DNA of 64,000 bases from a bacterium (lineage in GTDB: Bacteria; Patescibacteriota; Saccharimonadia; CAILAD01; GCA-016700035), in the NCBI GenBank assembly GCA_016700035.1, contig CP064998.1, positions 199,021-263,020 of the forward strand. Direction: 5' to 3'. The notes beneath the pieces were generated by a model. That model did not search any database. It had not been told where the DNA came from and was given only the letters and a program-made list of their open reading frames with translations. Position numbers and translations under genes: made by a program. Below, one piece after another: positions 25,661 through 39,414 of the stretch (its first letter is position 1; each line of letters opens with the position of its first letter).

Positions 25661-27463
25661 ATGCCAACTAAAAAAAAGAGCACAAAAATGAAAGTAAAAC
25701 CTAAGTCTACATCTAAAGTAGCCAAAAGTAGAAGCGCCCAAGGTGTTTTGTCGTCTAATAAGTTTAATGTTGTAATCGCCGGTATTGCCCTATTGCTAAT
25801 TGCTGTGGTGGGTATTTTTGTTTATTTTGCATCGAGGGCCGGGACCTCAACTTATCAATATAATGCAACTACTGGAGTACATACTGGGCGCTTATTTTCT
25901 GACGATAGTCCTCTTAACCAGACTATTCCTGGTGATGTTCGCTATGCGGCTGATGGCCAGACTCGTATTCAAACTGCAGGAGTTCCCGCAGCATTCTCCT
26001 TGCTGACTTGGTCGATACCGATTTTTCAAGCCGATGCCACTACGCCTAAGGCTAATATTTGGTGTTATCAGACGGATATTCAAGCTCCATGGGATACTTG
26101 TCATGGGATAAATACTAGTCCTCAGCCAGTGCCACAGGGTATGTTTGCTCAGAAGGGTGGCGATGGGCATGTGACAGTTATTGATACTTCGACTAGAAAA
26201 ATATACAGCTACTGGATATGGAAGGATTGCACTCTGCAGTTTAGTCTCAATAATGCTAAATGGTGCCCAGCTACTGGCAATATGGCGTCAATTGACGGTA
26301 ATGGCGTAGGAGGTGGTACAAATGTAGCTGGGTTAGCTGGCGGAATAATCCGAACACACGAGATTGAACGAGGGAATATTGACCACGCACTGACTTTCTC
26401 TACTAGTACGACTTGTAAGCGAGACCCTATCTATCCAGCCCTCTATAGTGATGGCACAAACGCCAATCAGGCAACATGTATGCCGATTGGCGCTCGGTTT
26501 CAGCTTGATCCCAGTATTAATGTAGATACTCTGCCAAATATTACCCCAATGGAAAAAACTATTGCTAAAGCACTGCAAAAATATGGAGCCTATGTAGACG
26601 ATACCGGTGGAATATTTGGCTTTGTCATTGAGCTTGATCGAACAGGTAGGAAAGTTTATCAGAAAGCTGGTGCTCCAGACCATGATTATTTCCCTATGAA
26701 AGCCATACCTTGGGATAAGTTTAAGATGCTTGAACCACAGTGGAATAAAGATGGCTCCAAAGCTTATGCCTGGACAGGGCCACAAATTACCACCCCCTCC
26801 CCAACTCCACCCACCACCACCGTTACCCCTAGCCCCACACCAACTCCTGGTAATAAAGCACCAGTAGGTCCAGCTAGTCTCTCTGCTTCAGTCATCTCTA
26901 GCACACAAATCAATCTGACTTGGCCAGTAGCCACCGACGATAGTACAGGGACCCTCAACTACACCGTGACTCGTAATGACAAACAAATCTACTCTGGCCC
27001 TAAGCTATCCTTCTCCGACACCGGCCTAACTCCAGCTACTAAATATAACTATAAAGTTACAGCTAAGGATGTAGGTGGTCTTGTATCCACTGGTGCAACT
27101 ACCTCTGCTACCACCCAAGCATCCCCCACCACTCCACCCCCGCCAACCACCGACACCACCAAACCTTCAGTACCCGGTAATGTTAAAAGTAAGATAGAGT
27201 TCGATGGTCTAAAGTTTGCTTATTACACTAATCTAACTTGGACTGCATCTTACGATAACGTAGGTGTAACAAGCTATGAAGTAAGACGTAATAACACAAG
27301 TCTTGGCACTACTACCACTACTAACTTCAAAGACTACAATCTCCAACCCAATATCCTCTACAGCTACGACATCTATGCTAAAGATGCAGCTACTAACTCA
27401 TCTCTACCAGCTAACACCAAGCTCACTGGTCGTTGCTTCATCATCTGGTGTTGGGGGGAGTAG
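25661..27463 (+). CDS. Signal-anchored surface protein A: unknown ~330-aa domain plus two FN3-like modules and CFIIWCWGE tail
   Basis: Lys-rich N-terminus with a TM helix. Cys-containing central domain of unknown function. Thr/Pro linkers. FN3-like modules identical to those of the gene at 33936. Confidence 0.65.
   Translation: MPTKKKSTKMKVKPKSTSKVAKSRSAQGVLSSNKFNVVIAGIALLLIAVVGIFVYFASRAGTSTYQYNATTGVHTGRLFSDDSPLNQTIPGDVRYAADGQTRIQTAGVPAAFSLLTWSIPIFQADATTPKANIWCYQTDIQAPWDTCHGINTSPQPVPQGMFAQKGGDGHVTVIDTSTRKIYSYWIWKDCTLQFSLNNAKWCPATGNMASIDGNGVGGGTNVAGLAGGIIRTHEIERGNIDHALTFSTSTTCKRDPIYPALYSDGTNANQATCMPIGARFQLDPSINVDTLPNITPMEKTIAKALQKYGAYVDDTGGIFGFVIELDRTGRKVYQKAGAPDHDYFPMKAIPWDKFKMLEPQWNKDGSKAYAWTGPQITTPSPTPPTTTVTPSPTPTPGNKAPVGPASLSASVISSTQINLTWPVATDDSTGTLNYTVTRNDKQIYSGPKLSFSDTGLTPATKYNYKVTAKDVGGLVSTGATTSATTQASPTTPPPPTTDTTKPSVPGNVKSKIEFDGLKFAYYTNLTWTASYDNVGVTSYEVRRNNTSLGTTTTTNFKDYNLQPNILYSYDIYAKDAATNSSLPANTKLTGRCFIIWCWGE
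26790..27463 (+). repeat. Copy 1 of ~675-bp FN3-cassette repeat (apparently identical to 35011-35685)
   Basis: No differences found on visual alignment except one extra A in the other copy. Confidence 0.85.
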
Positions 27464-27513
27464 TAACCGCTAGGTTTACCTTTAACACCCTAAATTCTCG
27501 ATAGTAAAAGGTA

Positions 27514-27543
27514 TTGACCCATAACGCATGGGCATGATACGCT
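27514..27543 (+). promoter_or_regulatory. Candidate 23S promoter (-35 TTGACC)
   Basis: TTGACC about 280 nt upstream of the 23S 5' end. The -10 is poor. A related TTGACC-N18-TAAAAT lies downstream of the paralogous copy at ~35737. Confidence 0.25.
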
Positions 27544-27798
27544 ATTGAGGCACTAAAGCGAGGACAGCCACACGTGAGTAGACAACAAAACCTAGGAGAA
27601 ACCACCGGTTAATCAGAGTTTGTTGGAATTTCACGCGTGGTTGTCTCCGGTAGATACCACGCTTTTTTGTATCGAACGTTCACAACTTCATACTTACGAG
27701 AAAAAAGGGTAACAAATATTGCTTTCTTTCTTAGGGATGATTAGACAAAGCTTGTAAGAGGTGTGTCAATCACTCTCTTATAAAAAAGAGAAGAAAAA

Positions 27799-30985
<3,187 letters not shown>

Positions 30986-31174
30986 TTCGTGGTTTACTTG
31001 ATCATTTTTTGTGATTAGGTAAACCGATTTTTGACAAGATGAGTGCTTGGCACGCTTTTTACAAGCTAAAAATCTCTAAGAAATCTTTAAAGAAAGCAAA
31101 GTGCCTTTAATCGTAAGTATGAATGACTTCCATTGTGAGCGTCGGTCTTTCGGGCTTTAGAGCTTGAGAGACCG

Positions 31175-31283
31175 GTGCTTATGGCGGAGGGGCCACACCT
31201 GTTCCCATACCGAACACAGCAGTTAAGCCCTCCTGCGGCGATGATACTGGTAACCCCGGGAAAGTAGCGCAGTGCCGGATTGG
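31175..31283 (+). rRNA. rrf: 5S ribosomal RNA
   Basis: GCTTATGGCGGAGGGGCCACACCTGTTCCCATACCGAACACAG...GGGAAAGTAGCGCAGTGCC. Confidence 0.85.
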
Positions 31284-31290
31284 AATTATT

Positions 31291-31324
31291 AAAAGCCGCC
31301 TATTTTTATAAATGGGTGGCTTTT
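31291..31324 (+). terminator. Putative rrn terminator hairpin followed by a T-run
   Basis: GCCGCC...GGTGGC stem with one G-U, then TTTT. Confidence 0.35.
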
Positions 31325-31384
31325 GTTGACACATACAATCATTAGGGTTTATGCTTAATATATACTTAATAAAGAGATGTTCTC

Positions 31385-33856
31385 ATGTCTGTTCAAAAAA
31401 AGAAAATAACACCAAAAAATAAACCTAAAACCAGAGTCAAGAAAACCGCTTCCAGCAATTCAATAAAGTATACTTATAAATTTAGCAATCCCATAGTCCT
31501 TGGAGTAGTTGCGATATTGATTGTTGTGTCGGCAGTATATCTGTATATTACCTATGCTGGATCGGCACGTTATGAGGCTTTGCAGCCGATTAAGAAAAGT
31601 ACAACAGCTGGTGCAGTCTTGCCGATTATCTACAATGCAACATCCCTAACTGGTACGGTGCGTTATGCTTCTCCATCCGGTTCTAATACTTCAGCCTGCA
31701 TAGCTAGTGACCCATGCACGTTGGCACGTGCGGTGAGCCAGGTAAGTACTGCTAATAGTACGATTATCCTAGCTGGCGGTACGTATCGCAATCAAGCCAA
31801 TATTACTATTAGTGGTAGTGGGCGCAATGGTTTGAAACTTATAGCTGCATCCGGCCAAATACCAGAAATTCGTGGCTCAGTGGAGGTGAATGGTGGCTGG
31901 AATACAGAGGCTGGCTACAAATATATTTCATATACCCCTCGAGCGATTGAGGAAGGTATGGGGGTAGCATTTGATGATGAGAAAAATATGATGAACCTCA
32001 ATAGTAGTGAAGGTCGATATGCCGACCAGGTTTGGATAGGCAATAAGGCACTTAAGCAGATTCTAGATAAGTCGGCTTTGAAGGATGGTCAATTCTATGT
32101 TGATAGGGCTAATCGTCGACTCTACCTTACTGCTAATGATGCATCAAAATCATCAATTGAAACCTCACGACCCGGTGATGGAACGACTAATCCACGTGAT
32201 CGTTTATTCTCAATTTCTTCCACAGGCGTCACCCTAGAAGGGATTCGTATGAATCGCTATTCTGCCAATGGCGATGATTATGGTGTAGTTTTAGTTAATG
32301 ATGGTGCGCATAATTTTACTATGAAGAACTCAGAACTATCCGACGCACCGTATGAAGGTGTGCATGTTGGTCAGGTGGATAATCCAACTTTTAAGAATGT
32401 TACTATACACGATGTAGCTTGGACATCAATAGGGGTTAATCAATCGGATAAGTTGCTATTAGATCAAGTTAAAATAACCAATACAGATCCATTTGATGAG
32501 TTTTCTAGCTCACCGGTTAGTGGTGCATTGAAAACGAGTCGAACACGTGATTCTAAAGTTATTCAGAGTTATATTGGTGGCAATAAGTCGCATGGCTTAT
32601 GGTTTGATCAAAGCAATATTAATGTGGTAGTTGATAAGAACTTTATGAAGGATAATACTGGCGCAAGTGTTTTCTTTGAGATTTCAGATGGACTTACAAT
32701 GACAAATAATTTTGTAGCCACCACAAATGGTCAGCCCATCAAGATGGCTGGGTCATCTGGTTTGCGTTTGGTTAATAATACATTGGTTGGAGGTCATGAC
32801 CCAGTTGGAGTATATATGGATAACCGTTCGACACCGGGTTGTGCATCTAATATTAACTTATGTAAATCATCTTCCTACGCCAGCGATCGTCAAGGTCGGT
32901 TTGCACCATATATTGGCTCTACGATGGACTGGATGCCTAGAATTGATGTGATGGTGAATAATATTATTGCGTATCCAAGTAGTCTGTCTAGCATGTGCGG
33001 CAAAACAGCCACGGTTGGAGTTTGTATTACTACTAGCTGGGGGTCCGGTGCCCAACTTGCTACTACAACGCTTGATGCTATTATTCATAAAGCGGATACC
33101 ACACGTAATATTCCTCAGACTATCATTAGCGGTAATGTGTATGCTAATGGTACTTCTCGAATTATTCGAGCTGGTTCGCAGGATTATACGAGTGCGTCTA
33201 CATGGAGCTCAGCACTTGCTGGTCCTCCGGTTAATATTACTGGATTAGATGCAAATGCTAAGGTGGGCAATAGCTGGGTAAATACCGATGGTACGGGAAC
33301 CGATAGCTTGATCAATGCTAGCGCTCAGGCCTATAAGATACCAGTATTTACTGGCTCAAATGCTATTATTAACACCTACATACCAGCCGGTACGCAGCAG
33401 TATGGAGTACTGAGTAGTGCGGTGAATCCATCTACAACTGTATCGCCTACAACTACTCCTCCATCATCTACTCCAACACCGACAACCACTACTACGGTGA
33501 AGCCATCACCTACCACGCCGGTAACTCCACCCCCGCCAACCACCGACACCACCAAACCTTCAGTACCCGGTAATGTTAAAAGTAAGATAGAGTTCGATGG
33601 TCTAAAGTTTGCTTATTACACTAATCTAACTTGGACTGCATCTTACGATAACGTAGGTGTAACAAGCTATGAAGTAAGACGCAATAACACAAGTATTGGT
33701 ACTTCTACTACCACTAACTTCAAAGACTACAATCTCCAACCCAATATTCTCTATAGCTATGACATCTACGCTAAAGATGCAGCTACCAACTCATCTCTAC
33801 CAGCTAACACCAAGCTCACTGGTCGTTGCTTCATCATCTGGTGTTGGGGGGAGTAG
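31385..33856 (+). CDS. Signal-anchored surface protein B: right-handed beta-helix (pectate-lyase-like) domain plus FN3 module and CFIIWCWGE tail
   Basis: Lys-rich N-terminus with a TM helix. Repeated N/G/T-rich beta-helix turns (NVTIHDVAWTSIGVNQSDKLLLDQVKITNT). C-terminal ~110 aa about 97% identical at nt level to the other copies. Confidence 0.6.
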   Translation: MSVQKKKITPKNKPKTRVKKTASSNSIKYTYKFSNPIVLGVVAILIVVSAVYLYITYAGSARYEALQPIKKSTTAGAVLPIIYNATSLTGTVRYASPSGSNTSACIASDPCTLARAVSQVSTANSTIILAGGTYRNQANITISGSGRNGLKLIAASGQIPEIRGSVEVNGGWNTEAGYKYISYTPRAIEEGMGVAFDDEKNMMNLNSSEGRYADQVWIGNKALKQILDKSALKDGQFYVDRANRRLYLTANDASKSSIETSRPGDGTTNPRDRLFSISSTGVTLEGIRMNRYSANGDDYGVVLVNDGAHNFTMKNSELSDAPYEGVHVGQVDNPTFKNVTIHDVAWTSIGVNQSDKLLLDQVKITNTDPFDEFSSSPVSGALKTSRTRDSKVIQSYIGGNKSHGLWFDQSNINVVVDKNFMKDNTGASVFFEISDGLTMTNNFVATTNGQPIKMAGSSGLRLVNNTLVGGHDPVGVYMDNRSTPGCASNINLCKSSSYASDRQGRFAPYIGSTMDWMPRIDVMVNNIIAYPSSLSSMCGKTATVGVCITTSWGSGAQLATTTLDAIIHKADTTRNIPQTIISGNVYANGTSRIIRAGSQDYTSASTWSSALAGPPVNITGLDANAKVGNSWVNTDGTGTDSLINASAQAYKIPVFTGSNAIINTYIPAGTQQYGVLSSAVNPSTTVSPTTTPPSSTPTPTTTTTVKPSPTTPVTPPPPTTDTTKPSVPGNVKSKIEFDGLKFAYYTNLTWTASYDNVGVTSYEVRRNNTSIGTSTTTNFKDYNLQPNILYSYDIYAKDAATNSSLPANTKLTGRCFIIWCWGE
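33524..33856 (+). repeat. Copy 2 (diverged, ~10 substitutions) of the terminal FN3 cassette
   Basis: Aligns to 27131-27463 with mostly synonymous changes. Confidence 0.8.
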
Positions 33857-33935
33857 AGGATTTGACGAATCTTAATAAAACCCTTAAGCTTAAACTAACT
33901 CACAAGTATTAATACAAAAAGGATCATTAAATACC

Positions 33936-35685
33936 ATGTCGGCTACTAAGAAACGAAATCAATCTAAGTCTAGAGGATCTAGCGCTAAGACCGCTAAGAC
34001 TTCGAGTAGAGTATCTACAGTAAAGAATATTAATCTAGGTATTTTGGCAATTGTGGCGGGTGCGGTAATTTTAATTGGTGGCCTTTATGCACTGCTGGCT
34101 TGGGCGGCAACACCTGGTGTTGGTAGTTATCCGGCAATTGCTACTATTCCGCGTCTTGCCCCTTACACTAGTTTTTGGTGGCAGTTGGAAAACGCTCCAA
34201 AAGTTGATGCACTAGTTACCGAAGCTAACCCTAAAAAACATTATGATTTTGACTACGAAGATGTAACTAGCGCACAAATCGCAACCATGAAGTCTCAGAA
34301 TGCATTGGTAACTTGCTACTTTGAAGTTGGGACAGCGGCTCAGTGGCGCCCAGATTATAATAAATTTCCAGCCTCAGCAGTTTCAGCAACTGACCCACAG
34401 AACTGGGGTGATGAGCGCTGGATAGATATTATGAATCCAACAGTACGAAGTATTATGGCGGGGCGGATGGATGTTTCAAAAGAGAAAGGCTGTCAAGGGA
34501 TAGAGCCAGATTGGCTAGACAACTATACCTACAGCCAAGCTGAGTATGATGCTTCTGGAAAAGTGAAAGTACCGACTAAAGCACAACAATTAGATTATAT
34601 GAAGTTTTTGGCTGATGAAGCTCATAAGCGAGGCATGATGATTGCCTTAAAGAATGTACCGGAGCTAGCTCGTGAGAAATTTGCTGACGGACGAGTGGTA
34701 GCGGACGTGTATGACTGGGCATTAATTGAAGAGTGTCTCGTTTCTTATAAGGATACTTGCCCAAACCTGAAGGCCTTTATTGAGCGTGGTAAGAATGTGG
34801 CGGTTGCAGAATACAATGATCAGGTAGCACAGGCTAAATTTACTGATACTTTCTGCCCTCAGTTCAATACCTGGAATTTTGATGGATATCTGTTTGATCG
34901 CAAGAATGGTGGTAGTCCAACCTTGACCGGAAAATTTCGTGTACCATGTCGTACTGGAGAGGGGCAGCCCATAGGACCCACCCCAACGGTAACTGTATTC
35001 CCGGGCACCTCCACCCCCTCCCCAACTCCACCCACCACCACCGTTACCCCTAGCCCCACACCAACTCCTGGTAATAAAGCACCAGTAGGTCCAGCTAGTC
35101 TCTCTGCTTCAGTCATCTCTAGCACACAAATCAATCTGACTTGGCCAGTAGCCACCGACGATAGTACAGGGACCCTCAACTACACCGTGACTCGTAATGA
35201 CAAACAAATCTACTCTGGCCCTAAGCTATCCTTCTCCGACACCGGCCTAACTCCAGCTACTAAATATAACTATAAAGTTACAGCTAAGGATGTAGGTGGT
35301 CTTGTATCCACTGGTGCAACTACCTCTGCTACCACCCAAGCATCCCCCACCACTCCACCCCCGCCAACCACCGACACCACCAAACCTTCAGTACCCGGTA
35401 ATGTTAAAAAGTAAGATAGAGTTCGATGGTCTAAAGTTTGCTTATTACACTAATCTAACTTGGACTGCATCTTACGATAACGTAGGTGTAACAAGCTATG
35501 AAGTAAGACGTAATAACACAAGTCTTGGCACTACTACCACTACTAACTTCAAAGACTACAATCTCCAACCCAATATCCTCTACAGCTACGACATCTATGC
35601 TAAAGATGCAGCTACTAACTCATCTCTACCAGCTAACACCAAGCTCACTGGTCGTTGCTTCATCATCTGGTGTTGGGGGGAGTAG
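33936..35685 (+). pseudogene. Signal-anchored surface protein C with GH114-like TIM-barrel domain, disrupted by +1 frameshift in an A-run
   Basis: N-terminal K-rich anchor. FWWQL...GCQGIEPDWLDNY resembles the glycoside hydrolase family 114 fold. A5 at 35406-35410 against A4 in the two paralogs shifts the frame. The ORF continues as 35296-35685. Confidence 0.6.
35011..35685 (+). repeat. Copy 3 of the ~675-bp FN3-cassette repeat
   Basis: Identical to 26790-27463 apart from one extra A. Confidence 0.85.
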
Positions 35686-35892
35686 AGCAGTACTTAGACT
35701 TATCTTGATACTCTGAACTCTTGATAGGAAAAAGTATTGACCTATAGTGGTTTATTGTACTTAAAATATTTGAGCATTTTACCCGAGGCACGGTTAAGGG
35801 TTACTGGCCGGCTTCAGTTTTGTGGATAAAATTGATTTTTTTTTTGCACCATGAGAAGATAAACACAAGGGTAATTAAAAGGAATACTAAAA

Positions 35893-36726
35893 ATGTCAGA
35901 GGTAGGTCGATGGACACCGGAGGATAGTCAGGCACTAAATAGTGAAAGCTACGCCGCAAGAAAACCGGCTCAGGATAAATGGGATGAGTTGAATAAGTCA
36001 GCTGTGAGTGAGGGGGTGGCTACTGAGCTGCCATATGTTGTAGATGGAGGTAGGGAAATATCTTATACGGAAGCCTTAAATGAAATTCAACGTCGACAGG
36101 ACACTGTAAATGAATACACCGAACTAGAACAGGCTAGCTTAGCTCGTGGTGAAGGGGAGTCATCCATATTGCCACACCTAAAATACAAGCTTAAAGCCAT
36201 TCAAGAGCCTCTGGAGCGAGCACGCAGTTGGGCGTCACGTCTTCAGGAGGCGCGAGCTCGTGGAGTGGAAATTCCGGAAAAATTTTCTACCGCCGAGCAG
36301 ATTATGTATCATGAATCTAAATTGGAAGAGTATAAGAAGCAGAGAGACAATGTTGCGCTTTGTATACTGGAATTTCGTGGAGCCGACGAAAATCAAGACG
36401 CGAGAGCCGTACATAGCGCCCTCGCGCATTTGCCGGAAGTGAATGAGATGGGTGGCATTGACTGGGAAGGACTGAAGCACTGGGTAACCCATCTTCAGAG
36501 GCATGGTAGGCCGGAAGGAGATCAAGCACAAGCAGTACTTGATAAGGCTTATCCAGGTGGTGAGCTCTACAATGCCCGCATTGAGTACTATCGTGATTTG
36601 GTAGAAATTAATGAGATTTTGCAGCCGGTGCGTGAGAGGATAATCGCACGCTATGAAGAGGAACTACGTGACTTTATTGAAAAAACTAGTGATCTGCCAG
36701 ATGGAGCTCAGGAAATTACTACATAG
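35893..36726 (+). CDS. Hypothetical acidic protein
   Basis: 277-aa ORF with RBS-like AAAAGGAATA upstream. No recognised motifs. Confidence 0.4.
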   Translation: MSEVGRWTPEDSQALNSESYAARKPAQDKWDELNKSAVSEGVATELPYVVDGGREISYTEALNEIQRRQDTVNEYTELEQASLARGEGESSILPHLKYKLKAIQEPLERARSWASRLQEARARGVEIPEKFSTAEQIMYHESKLEEYKKQRDNVALCILEFRGADENQDARAVHSALAHLPEVNEMGGIDWEGLKHWVTHLQRHGRPEGDQAQAVLDKAYPGGELYNARIEYYRDLVEINEILQPVRERIIARYEEELRDFIEKTSDLPDGAQEITT

Positions 36727-36918
36727 GTTGCGTATTGGCACTGAGGTATGTATTGGTCGTCAAAAAGCATTGAGGCCTAGTAATATTAGTCGAGCTATAG
36801 TCAGTGTGCCAGCATCTTTTTAAGAATGCGCTTAGATCAGCTTGACTGACCTGCTATTGTTCTACTGTCTGGCGCTATAGAAAGCAAGGGATTTGACGAA
36901 AAACTTTGAGTCAAAGCA

Positions 36919-36947
36919 TTGACAGAATAAGCATAAGCTGATAGAAT
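36919..36947 (+). promoter_or_regulatory. Near-consensus sigma70 promoter TTGACA-N17-TAGAAT
   Basis: Seen directly. Would yield a ~140-nt structured leader before the ATG at 37092. Confidence 0.45.
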
Positions 36948-37091
36948 ACAGAGCATTACCACTTCGGTAGTCACTTCAAAGTGTTTGAGGGTCTACCGGA
37001 GTGGTTTTAGAAAAAGAGTATTAGTGCTGACTGTGGAGGGTCAGCTCGAGCGCTAGCTACTCACTTGAAAGTAATTATCAAGGAGAACGCT

Positions 37092-37283
37092 ATGCCAGGA
37101 ACAGTTGCTGGTGGCCGTAAGGCTGCTGATACTAACCGCAAGCGCTACGGTAAGACGTTTTACGTCCGTATCGGTGCACTCGGTGGTAAGAAAAGCACAG
37201 GTGGTGGTTTTGCCGCTAACCCAGAACTTGCTCGTGAAGCAGGTCGTAAGGGTGGGCAGGCTCGTAAGAAAAAGCAGGCTTAG
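37092..37283 (+). CDS. KGG-repeat stress-induced protein (general stress protein-like)
   Basis: GGKKSTGGGFAAN...GRKGGQARKKK repeats. Strong RBS AAGGAG 8 nt upstream. The listed ORF start at 37065 is less likely. Confidence 0.6.
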   Translation: MPGTVAGGRKAADTNRKRYGKTFYVRIGALGGKKSTGGGFAANPELAREAGRKGGQARKKKQA

Positions 37284-37311
37284 AGCTTACTAACTTAGGA
37301 GTATAACCTCA

Positions 37312-37353
37312 CAACACAATAGTCCCCGTATTTTTTACGGGGACTATTGTGTT
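37312..37353. terminator. Bidirectional terminator between convergent genes (17-bp perfect stem, TTTTT loop)
   Basis: ACACAATAGTCCCCGTAtttttTACGGGGACTATTGTGT. Confidence 0.65.
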
Positions 37354-37831
37354 AATCGGTGAGTTTTATGTGGCGAATGCGTGGCTCAGTACCTTCTGCG
37401 ATGTGCCAGCGAGTTTGGCAGACAAAACAGCGATAAGTAGATTTATCTTCTTGGAGAGAAAAATTTGTACAGGCAGGGCAAGTACTGCGCTCTTCCACCC
37501 AGTGTCCGTAGCTGGCCAGACAACTCTGAATAAAATGATCAGAACAAGCAATATTATAGTGATGAGCTAAGTTGCGGGTTTTCATCCAAGCCTGAGATTC
37601 CATAGCGAATAGTTCAAAGTCGGTACGAAAATCAAAGTGGGCTAGTTCAGCATGAGAAATTTCATGTAATAGGCTGATGATACCTCGATTGGTATCCAGG
37701 CAAGTTGAGTCAAAATATATACATTCACTAGCAGAATCAAAATAGAAGTCACTATCTTCTATAAAATGATACGATGAGAAATCCTGCATAATTTGCTGGC
37801 TGACCGTATGTAGCTTCACCCCCATAGGCAT
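37352..37831 (-). CDS. SprT-like zinc metallopeptidase family protein
   Basis: HEISH (HExxH) motif. C-terminal Cys-rich zinc ribbon (CPAC...CFVCQ). ~160 aa. Confidence 0.45.
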   Translation of the reverse strand: MPMGVKLHTVSQQIMQDFSSYHFIEDSDFYFDSASECIYFDSTCLDTNRGIISLLHEISHAELAHFDFRTDFELFAMESQAWMKTRNLAHHYNIACSDHFIQSCLASYGHWVEERSTCPACTNFSLQEDKSTYRCFVCQTRWHIAEGTEPRIRHIKLTD

Positions 37832-37844
37832 ATCATAGCATTTT

Positions 37845-38696
37845 TTAGTGTTGGTGGATGGCGTGAGCTAGTAGACCAGCTCCGATGAGGGGAGCGGTTT
37901 CAATATGTTTGGCGGGCTTAATTGGTGGAAGTGGGAATTTTGGAGAATAGGCTAATTCTGCGAGATGTTTAGTGAGTGGGGGTAAAAACTTTTTATGATG
38001 TTTAGAAACTCCACCACCCAATACGACAATTTCAGGATTTGTGGCAACAATAAGGTTATGTAGGCCTTGGGCTAGTGGTCGGGTGATTTCATGCCAGGCT
38101 TTCTTAGATCTAATATCGGCTGCAATTTTGCCATATTCTCGCACAATAGCCTTGCCACTAGCTAGGTACTCAAAACTACCGTAGAGAGGGTTGCGAACGT
38201 GATCAACGAGGATCATTTGGCCACCTTGAGGGTTATATGGTCCGGGGAGTGGCTTACCATCTAGGATGAGCGCTGAGCCGATGCCAGTAGAAATGGTCAC
38301 GTAGAGAATATAGCGATATTTCTGTCCGCTACCTATCATGGCTTCGCAAACACCTCCCAATGTAGCATCATTTTCAAGTATGATTGGGGTATTAAATTCT
38401 TGGTGTAATTTGGCTACAATGGGGAGTTTTTTCCAGGTTGGGATGTGGGTACAGGGTCCGATAGTGCCGTGTTTGCGATCAACTTTTGCCGGGGCGGCAA
38501 TACCAATTGCTAGTGGTTCAGCCGGGCCAGTAAGAGTCTGGATGGTAGAAATTGTCTGTTTTATCATAGCGGTTTCACTGGCAGGAGTAGGAAAATCTAT
38601 AAACTGAGAAATTTTTCCATAGCCATTAATGCAACCGATGCGTACTTTTGTACCACCAATATCGATTGCGATAACTTCTTTTTTCATGCGTTCCAT
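37845..38696 (-). CDS. ROK-family sugar kinase (glucokinase-like)
   Basis: N-terminal ATP-binding motif IAIDIGGTKVRIG. ROK-like Gly-rich core. Confidence 0.75.
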   Translation of the reverse strand: MERMKKEVIAIDIGGTKVRIGCINGYGKISQFIDFPTPASETAMIKQTISTIQTLTGPAEPLAIGIAAPAKVDRKHGTIGPCTHIPTWKKLPIVAKLHQEFNTPIILENDATLGGVCEAMIGSGQKYRYILYVTISTGIGSALILDGKPLPGPYNPQGGQMILVDHVRNPLYGSFEYLASGKAIVREYGKIAADIRSKKAWHEITRPLAQGLHNLIVATNPEIVVLGGGVSKHHKKFLPPLTKHLAELAYSPKFPLPPIKPAKHIETAPLIGAGLLAHAIHQH

Positions 38697-38801
38697 AACT
38701 CCATCATACCGAGTGTAGTTAGTTTGAGCAAAACTGCTTAAGCTTGCACTTCTCAGTTATCAGTTTTAAAATCTATCTTTATAGAAGTATATAAGGGCTT
38801 A

Positions 38802-39230
38802 TTGCTCGATGAGGTTATTAAAGGCGTGTTACTCAAAAACTCAGTCGTAAAAATTATTTTAGCTGTAGCGGTGATTATTTTAATTGTCGCGGCTACTTTT
38901 GCTTATGGTAATTCACAGAGGCAAGCGCAGGAGCGGGGCAAGACAGAGCAGGAACAGCAGGCCGCCAGCTCCGAATCAACTAGCCCCACCCCTTCAGCTA
39001 GCTCGACAACCCCAACTCCTAGCACTACTCCTGCTAGCCCAGCTCCATCGGCTTCAACTAAGCCTGGCAGTCCAGCTCCATCCACAACTGCTCAGGTTGC
39101 CCCACCAAACGGCAAAACTCCTGCTACTGGGCCAGGTTATTTACTGGTCTTACCTGCAATAGTCTTAGGAATTCTAGTATACGCTCATCGCCTGAGCTTG
39201 CGTAAGCTTACCGATACACTAAAATTTTAG
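38802..39230 (+). CDS. Small Ser/Thr/Pro-rich membrane or surface protein with possible sortase-like signal (TPATG)
   Basis: N-terminal TM helix. STP-rich linker. C-terminal TPATG followed by a hydrophobic helix and HRLSLRK tail. Confidence 0.4.
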   Translation: MLDEVIKGVLLKNSVVKIILAVAVIILIVAATFAYGNSQRQAQERGKTEQEQQAASSESTSPTPSASSTTPTPSTTPASPAPSASTKPGSPAPSTTAQVAPPNGKTPATGPGYLLVLPAIVLGILVYAHRLSLRKLTDTLKF

Positions 39231-39414
39231 TTAGACTTTACTTTTATCAGGTATAGCGGTATAATCTAACCTGATTTGCGATTGACTTCGTACTTGTTTA
39301 GTTGCAGATTTTTAACCCAAATCTAGATGTGGTGTTAAAAAATCTGTTATTTTTTAAGCTTAGCGTAGTCAAATGCGGACATCTCTCCATAAGAAAGGTA
39401 GGAATAGTAATAAT

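Noticed and set aside
35296-35685. Independent 129-aa gene
   Set aside because: Its sequence is the out-of-frame continuation of the 33936 gene. It is identical to the C-terminus of the 25661 paralog and is created by the extra A at 35406-35410.
38884-39162. Alternative-frame ORFs within the 38802 gene (38884-39162 plus, 38903-39085 minus)
   Set aside because: Low-complexity Leu/Ala/Gly frames generated by the STP-rich coding repeat. The 38802 frame has TM helices and a sorting-signal-like C-terminus.
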